Assembly (NCBI RefSeq): GCF_001186125.1
Contig: NW_014040463.1
Location: 25,652-61,020, forward strand
From: Sphaeroforma arctica JP610
Lineage: Eukaryota
Length of the DNA: 35,369 bases
Direction: 5' to 3'
The notes under the pieces were generated by a model. It made no database searches, was not told where the DNA came from, and saw only the letters and a list, made by a program, of their open reading frames with translations. Of this stretch, positions 23,935 to 35,369 are shown one piece after another (position 1 is the first letter of the stretch; every line of letters starts with the position of its first letter). The translations under genes and the position numbers were made by a program.

Positions 23935-24753
23935 ATACGGCTACAAATCAACCCATACCCTGTCCTGTATATGTGCATCCCTGTTTCATAACACATACAT
24001 TGCGCAAATCTTACCAATCTGGGTGGTCTTCTGAAACAACTTCGATAACATCGCCCTCTTGGAAGCTGAGTTCATCCGGTTGTGTCCGTTCGTAGAAGTG
24101 GTGCGCTCGGACCATTTTCGCGCCCCTCGCACCACCAGTCAACTGCGTGGTTCAGTTCAGAGAGTGTATTAAGTACAAATACAAACGTATTAAGTATACA
24201 TGAAGGCAATGTAAAAGATAGAAGTATCTACGCAGGGAAGCCATATATATATATAATACATACATACATACACACACCACCACACCAACACCCATATTAT
24301 ATATATATATATATAAAGGGTATATATATCTGAAGTGGTGGTTTTAATATGATATAGTCTTAGCGCAGGCGAGTGTGATATTTCGTTTCCTTAATAAGTT
24401 GCTCAATCTTCAGGTGGATCAATCATAATCGAAATAGATTAACCAACACAAAATATTTACGCTAATAAATACACACATACACTTTATGAGTAGGACGCCT
24501 GAATGTTTAGATGTATCGATCCATCGTCGAATACAACTAACAACCGTGAGATTGCTGCGGCACATAGGGTAAATATGTTTATATTTACGTATTGATTCGT
24601 GATCAAGGGTGGACGAATGTTCACCATATTATATTAAATTGATTTGTGCACATACGAGAACACTTGCACAGGACTAGAGGTGTTTCTTGATCTGTATATG
24701 TGTTTATGACTATATATACATACATACATATATATATACATATATACATAGAT

Positions 24754-24804
<51 letters not shown>

Positions 24805-27296
24805 CGGCACACCACGAATATACATAGACAGGGAAAGGCTTGTCGCTTACTACTTGTGCATATCCTGGATGTAATACCCTAATAACCTCCATTCATTTCT
24901 GACTAGTCGATGAGTAAGAGAAGCACTCAAAGAAGATATTCACCATTGTCAGTATGTATATTTGCACGTACGTCTATGCGGATATGTACGTGTGCTTAAT
25001 ATGATCACATTTACAATACTACAGCACTCACCGACGGGGGTAGTTTGTCGCCTATAACCACCTGCATGTCCCGGAACTCCACATCTTCTGGCTCTTCCTG
25101 TTGTTGTACTGTGTGAAAAAATGTGTAGATTAGCGTCTGATGAGTTAATAAACACGCACACACACATATATATATATATAAATATGTATGTATGTGTATA
25201 TTTGTAAGTGAGTGAGGAGTGAGTGAGAGAGTGTGTATATGCATGTGTATGTATTTGTATATGAATACAGATATAGATATAGATACATATTTATATACAT
25301 ACATATCCATGTCTGTAAATATACAAATGAAGCAAGACTGTTGCCACGCATTTACAAACGTGACAGTTGGTTGTATATAGCCACGTGCCTATACTACAAC
25401 AACAACAGTGGGAGATAGCCACTATTTCATATTGGTGTGTCGTAAGTAGTTAACCACATGTACATGAACATGCGTATATAGGTTAAAAAGATTGCAACAC
25501 ACGAATGCGAAGACGGGAACTCATGAACCCGATATGTATACGCGCAAATATTAATATTGATATTTACATATGAAGGCGAATATATATATATATATATACA
25601 TATATAATGTGTACCAAGTTGTTTAGTATCGGCCACCTCTTCGACCTCTACGAAATTAGATGGGAACAGACCCTTCTCTGTCCTGCCCGGCAGCAGGATA
25701 CCTTCCATCCATCCATCGTACACGAAGTCATTGGTGATCTGCAGTTTATGAGGTATATGTATTTCGTTAATCATGAATGTTTATTTTATAACTTATCTGT
25801 AAACGATTCATTTACTATTTATTTGTTGATGTTTAATTCATTGATTCTTTCTGAAATTTATCGCGTTGCTATGGAATATGGGGTGTGTGTGGTGTAGTTT
25901 TTGGCGTAGTACAACAAATATGTATGATGTATTAGTTGGTGCTCTGTGTTGGTATTGAAAACTTATGATGCATATTGCACATAAAAACTAAGGTGTGCTA
26001 TAGAAACTCGTGATATCGAGCACTTAAACTATAGTACATTTCACGTCGTATCACTAGATAAATTTACTTCGTATTTCATCTGAGAAAATGCTAGCAGGGG
26101 CGCTTGGATGAACCGAAACGAACAGCATAATACGAACAAAGCAGTGGGTATTGTGTGTAATTGAGTTGGTAGACAGATGCAGGGGACTGTGCGTGCGGAG
26201 ATAATAGGTGTAAAGTGTAAACATATATATGATTTTCCTTCTACCTTAGTATTGCCCAGTAGTCTTCCCTATCTAAAGGCAAGAGGGCAAATGCGAGACA
26301 TAACTCCTATTATCTGACAACGCATGGATGCAATATAAGTATATACCAAGCAGCAGAACAACCCTAAAACCCAACGTGACCTTGCGCCCAACTGCAGACA
26401 CACAGTGCAGCGGTGTCCCGTATTTGACCACGTGCCAGCCTGCTGGGCCCATGTGCAAATACTCACACCCTACACATATGACATGCGTACAGAAGGTCAC
26501 GAACACTGAAACCTGAACCTATACACTCACGCAGTATAGTACACTAACACAAACAACACAGTCTAAAAAACCCACAACAACACTGTCTAAACCACACATA
26601 CCTCTATCATATCGCCCGCCTTGAAGGCGATCTCGTCATTGTTCTCCTTGTCATACTCGTACAGAGCGCGTGCCACTTTCACCACTAGTATACAGGGTTG
26701 ACAAAGGAGAGGAGGTGTATGTATTAGAGACAAATACTGTTCACGAGCATGAACGCAAACTAATTTGAAACATACTCAGGTGAAGTGAATTAGGGGTAAG
26801 TGAGTCGGGGCCCGAGCAGGTTATAAAATACAGAGTGTATATTGCAGATCTATGCAGTCTGAAGATATACTCAACATGCTAAGTTATAGTCTCGCTCTCA
26901 AAGATATGTGTCATTTCTAGCAATCCTGAGCGTGTAGGTAATGGACAAATCGTCATCTATTAAACTACATGTAGCCAGTGTATGCCACGAAAGATAGTGC
27001 GTCAAACACTGTGTAAACAAATGGGAGTACACGCACAATACACTCAGAGATATCCATTGAAAGATCGTAATACATACATATATATACATGTATATATGTG
27101 TGTGTGTGCGTGTGTGTATACATACATACAGCAACATATACATATGCATATGCNNNNNNNNNNNNNNNNNNNNATATATCTACAAGCACATCTACGTACA
27201 TATACATAAATACATACAAACACATACAGACACCCCATATATATATATATATATATATATACTTATATATACATACATATACATATGCATATAAAA

Positions 27297-27371
<75 letters not shown>

Positions 27372-27409
27372 ATATACATAGAAATATACAAATACATACA
27401 CACACACGC

Positions 27410-27440
<31 letters not shown>

Positions 27441-27832
27441 ACACATTGCTAATAATCATACGAGTCAACTTTCGCGCGCATACTTAAAAGCGCGTTGTAC
27501 ACAGACACAAATAAACTGTCATGTGCATCCATTTTTGAATGGGCTGCACTACCATTCATATGTATCATATTCGCATGCATCGAAGTATTCTTGCCGTCGT
27601 ATTCACCACATTCATATCGAGGTGCACGGACTACACCAAGCCAGTAGCATGCTATACTTAGAGAAGACACTGAGATACTAAAGAGTGTTCCAAATGCGAA
27701 AATCGTATATTTATGCTAGTATATACGTTTAAATTGATATATTGAGTTGTGAGCATCTCAACAATGCGTTTCCACCAGACAAACAAACACATGCCTGTCG
27801 GGCGCTCTGGCGCACATACAGATAGACGACAT
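21162..27832 (-). CDS. CD2AP/CIN85 (SH3KBP1)-like adaptor: two SH3 domains, CPI-like motif, C-terminal coiled coil; about 378 aa
   Basis: Phase-consistent exons 27820-27832 (start exon tentative), 26602-26684 ([21 protein letters not shown]), 25615-25738 ([14 protein letters not shown]), 25032-25108, 24015-24142 ([15 protein letters not shown]), 23176-23282 ([18 protein letters not shown]), 22349-22459, 21620-21895 ([12 protein letters not shown]), 21162-21379 ([19 protein letters not shown]). The SH3 domains are certain; the family call is inferred. Confidence 0.8.
27154..27173. other. Assembly gap (20 N) inside a microsatellite intron
   Basis: Run of N characters. Confidence 1.
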
Positions 27833-28844
27833 ACTTTTTCTGGGTATATATTATCGTATTCTACAGCGTTCCGATATATCAGACTGAATATTTGCTGTAT
27901 GGTTTTATAGATGATACTACCGTTACGTATCGGGATTGATAGTAAGTTATTGGTTACTGATGATGCTGTATGCTATACTTCACCCACCCACGAAAGTATC
28001 CAGTTCATCACTCCTTTTCGGACTCCGGTTTTAGCTACTGCTCTTTGGGCTCTGGCACTTCCCGCGAAACCTCAAACCCAAAATAAACAAAATGGAATTT
28101 ACTTTTAAAGCCTCCTCCTAAAAAAATGAACAAGGGAATGTGCATTGGGCCCAAGCTCTACATACAAAAATCTAAATACTGTTTAAAAATTAGTCCTGAT
28201 TCCTGGAAGTCATGAAGTCCTGAGAGTCTGTCTTTGTATAATAATTTTAGTTTGAATCCACCAATCACATTGAGCTATACTTTCATATACTGATACCGAA
28301 CTGCTCTTTGGTCCAACGCATTGGTGACTATTGGTCAGCCCGCCCAACGTGATACGCGGTTCCAATTTGACAGAAGTTAACTTTCTGTACAACTTCAACA
28401 ACCGGCTTTTTCATCTCCCCACATTCAATGCCCTAGAGGTATAAGCCATAGAGCCTATATTAGACCATCTGTCTAAACTAAATAAAAACCTCAATTCGTT
28501 TCTCGTTTTTGTGTTGAAGGCGAAGCTAAACGTTTATAACATAGCATAGTACCAAGAGACCTAAGAACACAGTAATATCGTGATTTTAACTCTGGGCCCT
28601 GGGGTGTTTTAGTCATTTTACGCTCGAACGTATAACATTCAATCTTTCTAGCAATTACGTTAAACGTTTACAGCGTGCGAGAAAAGCGGTCGTGAATTCG
28701 TGATATTCTCTGACTGATGACGCTTCCTTCTCTCTCTCTCTGCTGAACACAAAACAAAATCTCTTCTTCTGAACAATGAGATGAAGTGTAGGAGTTGGGG
28801 CAGAAGTATATTGTACCTGTATGATACTCACCTAATCTGAAAAT

Positions 28845-29382
28845 ATGCTTTGGTCCTTGTTTATGTGTATTGTCTATATCGCGCTGGTGACAGTGGCGGC
28901 GGGGTATATCTTTGGCGTCCCAGTGGCAATTAGAGCGTATGGAAAGGCCGCCATCGCGTCAGTCAGTAAAAGGGGCTGGAAGGTATGCGTGATTTTTTAC
29001 TTCAAATTAGTGTTAAAGTTATTGTATTTGGATCGTTGAGTTGTTCTCAAGCTCGATAGAGGACAAGAGAATAACTCTCTGCTTAAAATTATTTTGATTG
29101 TCACATCAACGTACGCTACATATGGATGTCCGTCCTTGCATGAGTGTAATTATACACGATTGTATACATACGTATATAATACATACATACATGCATATAT
29201 ATATATATATATATATATATGTATACATATAAATATGCATATCAATATATTCATATTTACATAAATCTATATATATATGTATATATATATATACATATAT
29301 ATATGTATTATATATATATATATATATTTATATATTTATATATTTATACATATATATATAACATCGATATATATAAATATAA

Positions 29383-29448
<66 letters not shown>

Positions 29449-29507
29449 TATGTATATGTATATATGTATATATTTATATTTTTACATATCGATGTTATAT
29501 ATATATG

Positions 29508-29543
<36 letters not shown>

Positions 29544-29617
29544 TATATATATATGTGTGTGTGTCTATATATATATGTATATGTATATGTTATATATATT
29601 TATATATATCGACACAA

Positions 29618-29677
<60 letters not shown>

Positions 29678-29684
29678 TGATATA

Positions 29685-29749
<65 letters not shown>

Positions 29750-31132
29750 TTACTTGTTTTTACATGTTTTTATATTTGCATACATGTGTATACTTTAATA
29801 TAATTTTTTTATTCGAATAATTATGTTGAGGCATATATTTTACACTATGCCAAGGCGGTACTTCAAAGAATTTGTATTTGTGCCTATCAAGCTAACACCT
29901 ATTGTGAGACCACTGTGAATTATATCTGGATAGTTGTCCCAGAGTCCTCACAACACGTTATAAAACACCCACACCTCAAGGGTTTCTCCGTCTTCATATC
30001 TCTATCCACTATCGTTGAGGTGTACCAGCCATCTCTTGGTGCCTACCTGTCGAGCCCATTTTATCGATAACTACCGAACTGTCTTGTCTGCCTATCAATC
30101 ACTTTAGAAAAAAGTGCAGAGTGAGGATTTCAAGCTCTCCTCGACCATCACCAATGAGTTCGAGTGGACACCCGATGCCGGTAATCTGGCAGCATACTCC
30201 AAGGTGCTGGGTGTACAGGCCAAATGTATCGAGAAGTTCGGCGAGATCCCTGTGCTCTACCCACAGGTAGGTGTGGGTATTTCTTGGTTGCTGTGGTGCA
30301 TGCGGTTTGGTATATCTATGAATAGGGGTGGACGATATTGTTCCGTTTCTCATAGGGAAGCGTCTGCCTGTATTAGCAGCATGCGGTCGGGACATGGTAG
30401 TAGCATACTTGCATCGTATAGTCTGTTAAGTACTTAGCCTGCATCGTATAGTCTGTTAAGTACTTAGCCTGCATCGTATAGTCTGTTAAGTACTTAGCCT
30501 GCATCGTATAGTCTGTTAAGTACTTAGCCTGCATCGTATAGCCTACTTTACTACATAGACCTACACAGTGCTAAGCAGTTACATGCACAGCGATGGTCGT
30601 TTGTAGGCTGTGAATTGGTCTATTTAATGCCTGGGATACACCCATGTCTCTGCCATCCGCTATACTTCGCATTGGCTACTACGCCAGGACAATAACGGCC
30701 CTTTCCAGTAACATGCAACATGCACGCGTGCGGTGAACGCTGGCGCTTACTCGCGATGTACAGCGTTCTAGTAGTTCGACGGTGTGGTGCTTGAACGTTT
30801 GAACACGCCACACGCTTTGCAAGAGGTCTGCATGGCAATGGTTATTGCGTGTGTAGTTTGACAGCGCCTTGTGATTTGGGTTGTGCTTGGCTCGTTCAGA
30901 GTTCTTTCTTCAGATATGTACAACACACACGCGGAGAACGGCTCACGCATATGCGCAGGTGTATATGTTTATAAGCGCGGAGATACCTATCATGTTCATC
31001 CCTGTATATGTATGCTTGTTTGCACACTTGCAGACATATACCTACATACGCACATCTTCTACATACATGCTTACCAGAATACAATTTATCTTAAGCGACA
31101 TTACACGTCCAACACATACATGCATGACTGAT

Positions 31133-31227
<95 letters not shown>

Positions 31228-34019
31228 ATATATATATATATGTATATATGTATATATATATATATTTATAATTAAGTATTTTTAACTCTGTCTCCACAGA
31301 CCCAAATGTTTATGAGTCTCATTGAGCGCTTGTGTGAGGCGGACTATCCATTTCCGCTGCTGGGAATGGTGCATGTCAGCAACTTTGTGCGACAAGAGCG
31401 CGCCCTCCGCGTAGACGAGACCTTCACATCCAAGTTCAAGGTATGATACCCCCTACACACATAAACATACATATACATATACATGGTACACATACATATA
31501 CATGTGCGTGTGTGTAAACGGGATCTTTACATTCAATACAAGGTAGTAAACTATACACGCACACAAATATGTTTACATGAATATATACATATGTATGTGC
31601 GTGTGTGAGAGGCCTCCTCATCAAGGTAAGAAGCCATATTTACATTGATTTATGTTTGTATGTGTGTGAGAACCCTTTATATCCGCGTCCGTGGCGAAAG
31701 CAAACGCTCACTCATATATACGTTGTACATATGCGCATGCGTGTATTGGAGACTTTCACTTTCACATTCACGTTCATGCGAGTTGCACAGCGCACTACAT
31801 GTCCGCCAATGGGCGGTTTTAAATGAGTGTTCTGTGCTTATATCTAGTCGAGTCTCAGGATCATTGACGTTACATGTAAGTCCATGACCGAGCTATAATA
31901 CGAGTACACTGTACTGCACAGTCAAGCAACCTCGCCGTATATGTGGGTTTATACATATGTGGGTGTTTACATATATGAGTATACATATGTGGGTTTATAC
32001 ATATGTGGGCTTATACATATGTGGCTTTATACATATGTGGCTTTATACATATGTGGCTTTATACATATGTGGCTTTATACACATGTGGCTTTATACAATG
32101 TGGCTTTATACGTATGTGGATTTATACATTGTTGGTTTAGACATATGTGGGTTTATACAGATGTGGGTTTATACATTTGTGGGCTTTTATACATATTTGA
32201 TTTTATACATATGTGGGTTTATACATATGTGGGTGTATAAATACGTGGGTTTATACACATGTGGGTGTATACATATGTGGGTGTATACATATGTGGGTTT
32301 ATACATATGGGTGTAGACATATGTGGGTTTATACATATGTGGGTGTATACATATGTGGGTTTATACATATGTGAGTGTATACTTATGCGGGTGTATACAT
32401 ATGTGTGTTTATACATATGTGGGTTTAAACATATGTGTGTTTATACATATGTGGTTTATACATATGTGGGTTTATACATATGTGGGCTTATACATATGTG
32501 GGTGTATTCATATGTGGGTTTATACATATATGGGTGTATACATATGTGGGTTTATACATATGTGGGCTTATACATATATGGGTTTATACATATGTGGGTT
32601 TATACATATGTGAGCTTATGCACTGCATAAATGGGATGACATAATCCTGTCACGTATGTACCATGACATATTCCTTGTCACAGCATGTGTGTCTTTCGCA
32701 TCTTATGCGGAACTCGCCTGTATGTTGTCCAGCTAGACACCATATACCACCCATTGAACCCCCTCCCCCCTCCCACACACTTACTTACATATGGTGTCTT
32801 CAACGCCTCTTGCTATTCGTTGACTACCCCACCCCCTACCCTTACATATGGTATCTCCAACACCTCACGCTATCAATACATGCGTGTATTCGGTCTAACC
32901 ACCACCAACCGACCCTACCATATCCCTACTTGTACCTACATCTCATGTGCACCCAGGTCTGCGAAGCCGTCCGCAACTCCAAGCGCGGCACCATAGTCGA
33001 GTATCAGAGCCATCTGGTAGACGCCGAAGGCCTCATCCCCTGGACCAGCACCATGACTGTGCTGCATGTGCACCGCAACCCACTCACCCCAGACGACGTC
33101 AAGAACGCAATAGAGGTGCCTGTTGAGGGCGACGATGTGGTGGAGAAGCCCTTCTTGCTGGCCGAGAGCGCGGGCCGCAAGTACGCTGCGGGTATGTAAG
33201 AGTATATATATATATATATATATTTATGTCTTTATGCCTTAATGCCTTTACATAATTACATGCTGAGTGTTGTTAGGGTGTTGTTTAGTCTCCAACTGTA
33301 TGTATGGTATACTAGTACGGGAATGTTGATTGGTGTGCTGTATGTGTGTGTAGTTATTGTAGTACCAGGGATTACGCCGTGGATAGTGAGTGACCTGTCC
33401 ATCTGCACTTCGCAGAGCTATACATTATTTATAGTGTATCTATAATCTCTGTTTTATTTCAGTCACGTCAATCAGTGGCTTCTGAGTGAGTCATATCGTA
33501 CCTACTATATACACTAGGCGTTACCTAGCAACCATCTCCCGTGCCATATCATGAGCTGCTTGCAGTGCCACTATGCATACATCCATCGGCGAGCGTCATC
33601 TGTGTAGATAAACATACATGTACCAATAGATACCACACTGTAAGAGTGTCCGGAGACTACAACCCCATCCACATGCATGGCATGCTGGCTAAGCTAACAC
33701 ACATAACCAATATAAACCCCTGCTATCCATGCCCATCTCCTGCTGTAACAGTGTCCGGAGACTGCAACCTCATCCACTTGCACGGCATGCTGACTAAGCT
33801 AACACACATCCCAATATAATCCGCTGCTATCCATGCCCATCTCCTGCTGTAACAGTGTCCGGAGACTACAACCCCATCCACATGCACGGCATGCTGGCTA
33901 AGCTCATGGGCTTCCGCAAGGCCATCGCGCACGGGCTGTACACCATCGGCACAGTCAACGCAGAGATCATGAACACTACACCCGCCAAGTTCCCCATCGT
34001 AACCCAGGCCTATTTCAAG
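28845..34019 (+). CDS. MaoC-like double-hotdog (R)-hydroxyacyl-thioester dehydratase with a hydrophobic N-terminus; 3' end not found in the window
   Basis: Phase-consistent exons 28845-28982, 30108-30266 (IPVLYPQ), 31300-31440 ([17 protein letters not shown]), 32957-33191, 33856-34019. Hydratase-2 motif [25 protein letters not shown]. Confidence 0.88.
29160..29750. repeat. Long compound (TA)n/(CA)n/(TG)n microsatellite; similar intronic tracts near 6362-6441, 7908-8013, 13254-13415, 17329-17489, 23700-23935, 24718-24798, 27174-27436 and 31134-31270
   Basis: Directly visible dinucleotide runs; they are the source of the spurious [12 protein letters not shown] ORFs. Confidence 0.97.
30410..30541. 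repeat. Perfect 30-bp tandem repeat, 4.4 copies, intronic
   Basis: Unit TGCATCGTATAGTCTGTTAAGTACTTAGCC at 30410, 30440, 30470 and 30500, partial at 30530; contains the palindrome TAAGTACTTA. Confidence 0.97.
31938..32613. repeat. ~16-bp minisatellite, about 40 copies, intronic
   Basis: Consensus TATACATATGTGGGTT with variants; palindromic core ACATATGT. Confidence 0.95.
33646..33904 (+). repeat. ~105-bp tandem triplication of the splice acceptor plus the first ~48 nt of the dehydratase catalytic exon
   Basis: GTGTCCGGAGACTACAACCCCATCCAC..CTAAGCT occurs at ~33646, ~33751 (with substitutions) and 33855. The last two are preceded by the same TGCTATCCATGCCCATCTCCTGCTGTAACAG. Confidence 0.93.
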
Positions 34020-34282
34020 GTATGTGCTGCGCTGTTTGGTTGTTGGGTAAGCCGACACCTTCGTCCGGGTGTGTCTGTTGTATGTGTGCCCTGTTTTCAC
34101 AACGGACGGACGCTTGGACCACGTTGCTGCGGAATTTGTGAGCGAAAGGTGCTACGGCTTTGTTGTTGGTTGTGAAATGCGGTGGATGAATGAATGCAAT
34201 AGACGACGCTCTCTGTAGGCGCATCTCACAGCTCGCAAACCTACATTTGCGCTCGATACGCACCGGAATTATGTCTACTCTA

Positions 34283-34620
34283 CCAGCCATGTACTTCAAT
34301 CCATCATGTGTTGGGTTGGTAATAGTTGCACTTGCATCTGAACTAGTATGGTCCCACCAGCCACGCACTTCAATCCATCATGTGTTGGGTTGGTATTAGT
34401 TGCACTTGCATCTGAACTAGTATAATCTCATCAGCCATGCACTTCAATCCATCATGTGTTGGGCTGGTATGAGTGCACTTGCATCTGAACAGTATAGTCT
34501 CATCAGCCATGCACCTGCATCTGAACTAGTATAGTCCCACCAGCCATGCACTTCAATCCATCATGTGTTGGGTTGGTATTAGTTGCACCTGCATCTGAAC
34601 CAGTTTAGTCCCGCCAGCCA
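34283..34620. repeat. 74-bp tandem repeat, about 4.5 copies
   Basis: Unit CAGCCATGCACTTCAATCCATCATGTGTTGGGTTGGTATTAGTTGCACTTGCATCTGAACTAGTATAGTCCCAC, starting near 34283, 34357, 34431, 34503 (internally deleted) and 34540. Confidence 0.93.
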
Positions 34621-35279
34621 CCCTCCAGTATATAGTGCGTTGAAACCGTTCCATTTTATTCATGTCTGCTGTCGGCTGTGCGAGTAGCATAGCTGGTCGT
34701 TTCCGCGTTTTCCGTTAACTTCGGGTAATTTTTTTTAGCAAGTACCGAACTACGATGTAAAATATGAGCAAAGTCATGTCCACTTAACTGGAAGGACATT
34801 AAACTCATTGACTTCACGCGGTACCAACTACACCCCCCAGCTTTGTGCGTTGTATTGCGCCTCAAATCCCGAACTTCGGCGTATTTCCCCCGTGTGTCTC
34901 TAATTGTCCATTACTATCGGTTTTTTTTATAGCGGCCCGCATTCCTGCCGTCCAAGAATGTGGTCCGCACACAGGTGCGCACCGACGGCACAGCCTTCTC
35001 AGTCAACTCAAGCGAGGGCATCTGTCTGGTGGAGGGCGAGATCATGCACGCCAAATAAGCACGCCGAATAAGCGCGCGGATTGAATTTGATGCGACGCAG
35101 ACACACAACCGATCTCGGGAGACTTTGGACTCGAATCAAGCCCCAAGGATGATTACAGGAATGATCACGCCATCCAGTCTGTATATAGATTCGACAACAC
35201 ACAAGTTGACATAGCTTACTGTTCTCATCTATCGACACCGGATATTAAAGGGCACGTGTGCTTTGTAGACATGTTTTGA

Positions 35280-35369
35280 GATACGTTTTTTGTGTTTGTC
35301 TTGTGATACGCTTCTTGTGTCTGTCGTGTGATACGTTTCTTGTGTTTGTCTTGTGATACGTTTCTTGTG
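35280..35369. repeat. 25-bp tandem repeat running off the right edge
   Basis: Unit GATACGTTTCTTGTGTTTGTCTTGT, about 3.6 copies. Confidence 0.9.

Noticed and set aside
30410..30541. 30-bp repeat with an internal palindrome as a CRISPR array
   Set aside because: Units are directly adjacent with no spacers, there are no cas genes, and it lies in a eukaryotic intron.
29219..32644. YIYI, CVCV and [12 protein letters not shown] ORFs here and in other introns
   Set aside because: They are translations of micro- and minisatellites.

Overview
Eukaryotic, intron-rich window with GT-AG introns and many (TA)n/(CA)n tracts. Gene content and style suggest a unicellular holozoan such as an ichthyosporean, but this is inference only. 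Left to right: (1) a decayed Ty3/Gypsy-type pol on the minus strand (1-~3600) with domain order protease-RT-RNase H-[DIRS-type N6-adenine DNA methyltransferase]-HHCC/DDE integrase-possible chromodomain; (2) one probable hAT-like DNA transposon terminus with CCGATA subterminal repeats (~3890-4303); (3) an LRWD1/ORCA-like gene (minus, 4479-13862) carrying an extra C4HC3 PHD finger between its LRR and WD40 regions; (4) a divergently transcribed NASP/SHNi-TPR histone chaperone (plus, 14653-19940), with a canonical E2F-type site in the shared upstream region; (5) a CD2AP/CIN85-like SH3 adaptor (minus, 21162-27832); (6) a MaoC/double-hotdog dehydratase (plus, 28845 to beyond 34019) whose introns hold several tandem repeats and duplicated copies of the start of the catalytic exon. 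The most unusual items are the methyltransferase-bearing DDE-integrase retroelement and the LRR-PHD-WD40 ORCA. All protein assignments come from manual translation and motif recognition, not database searches.
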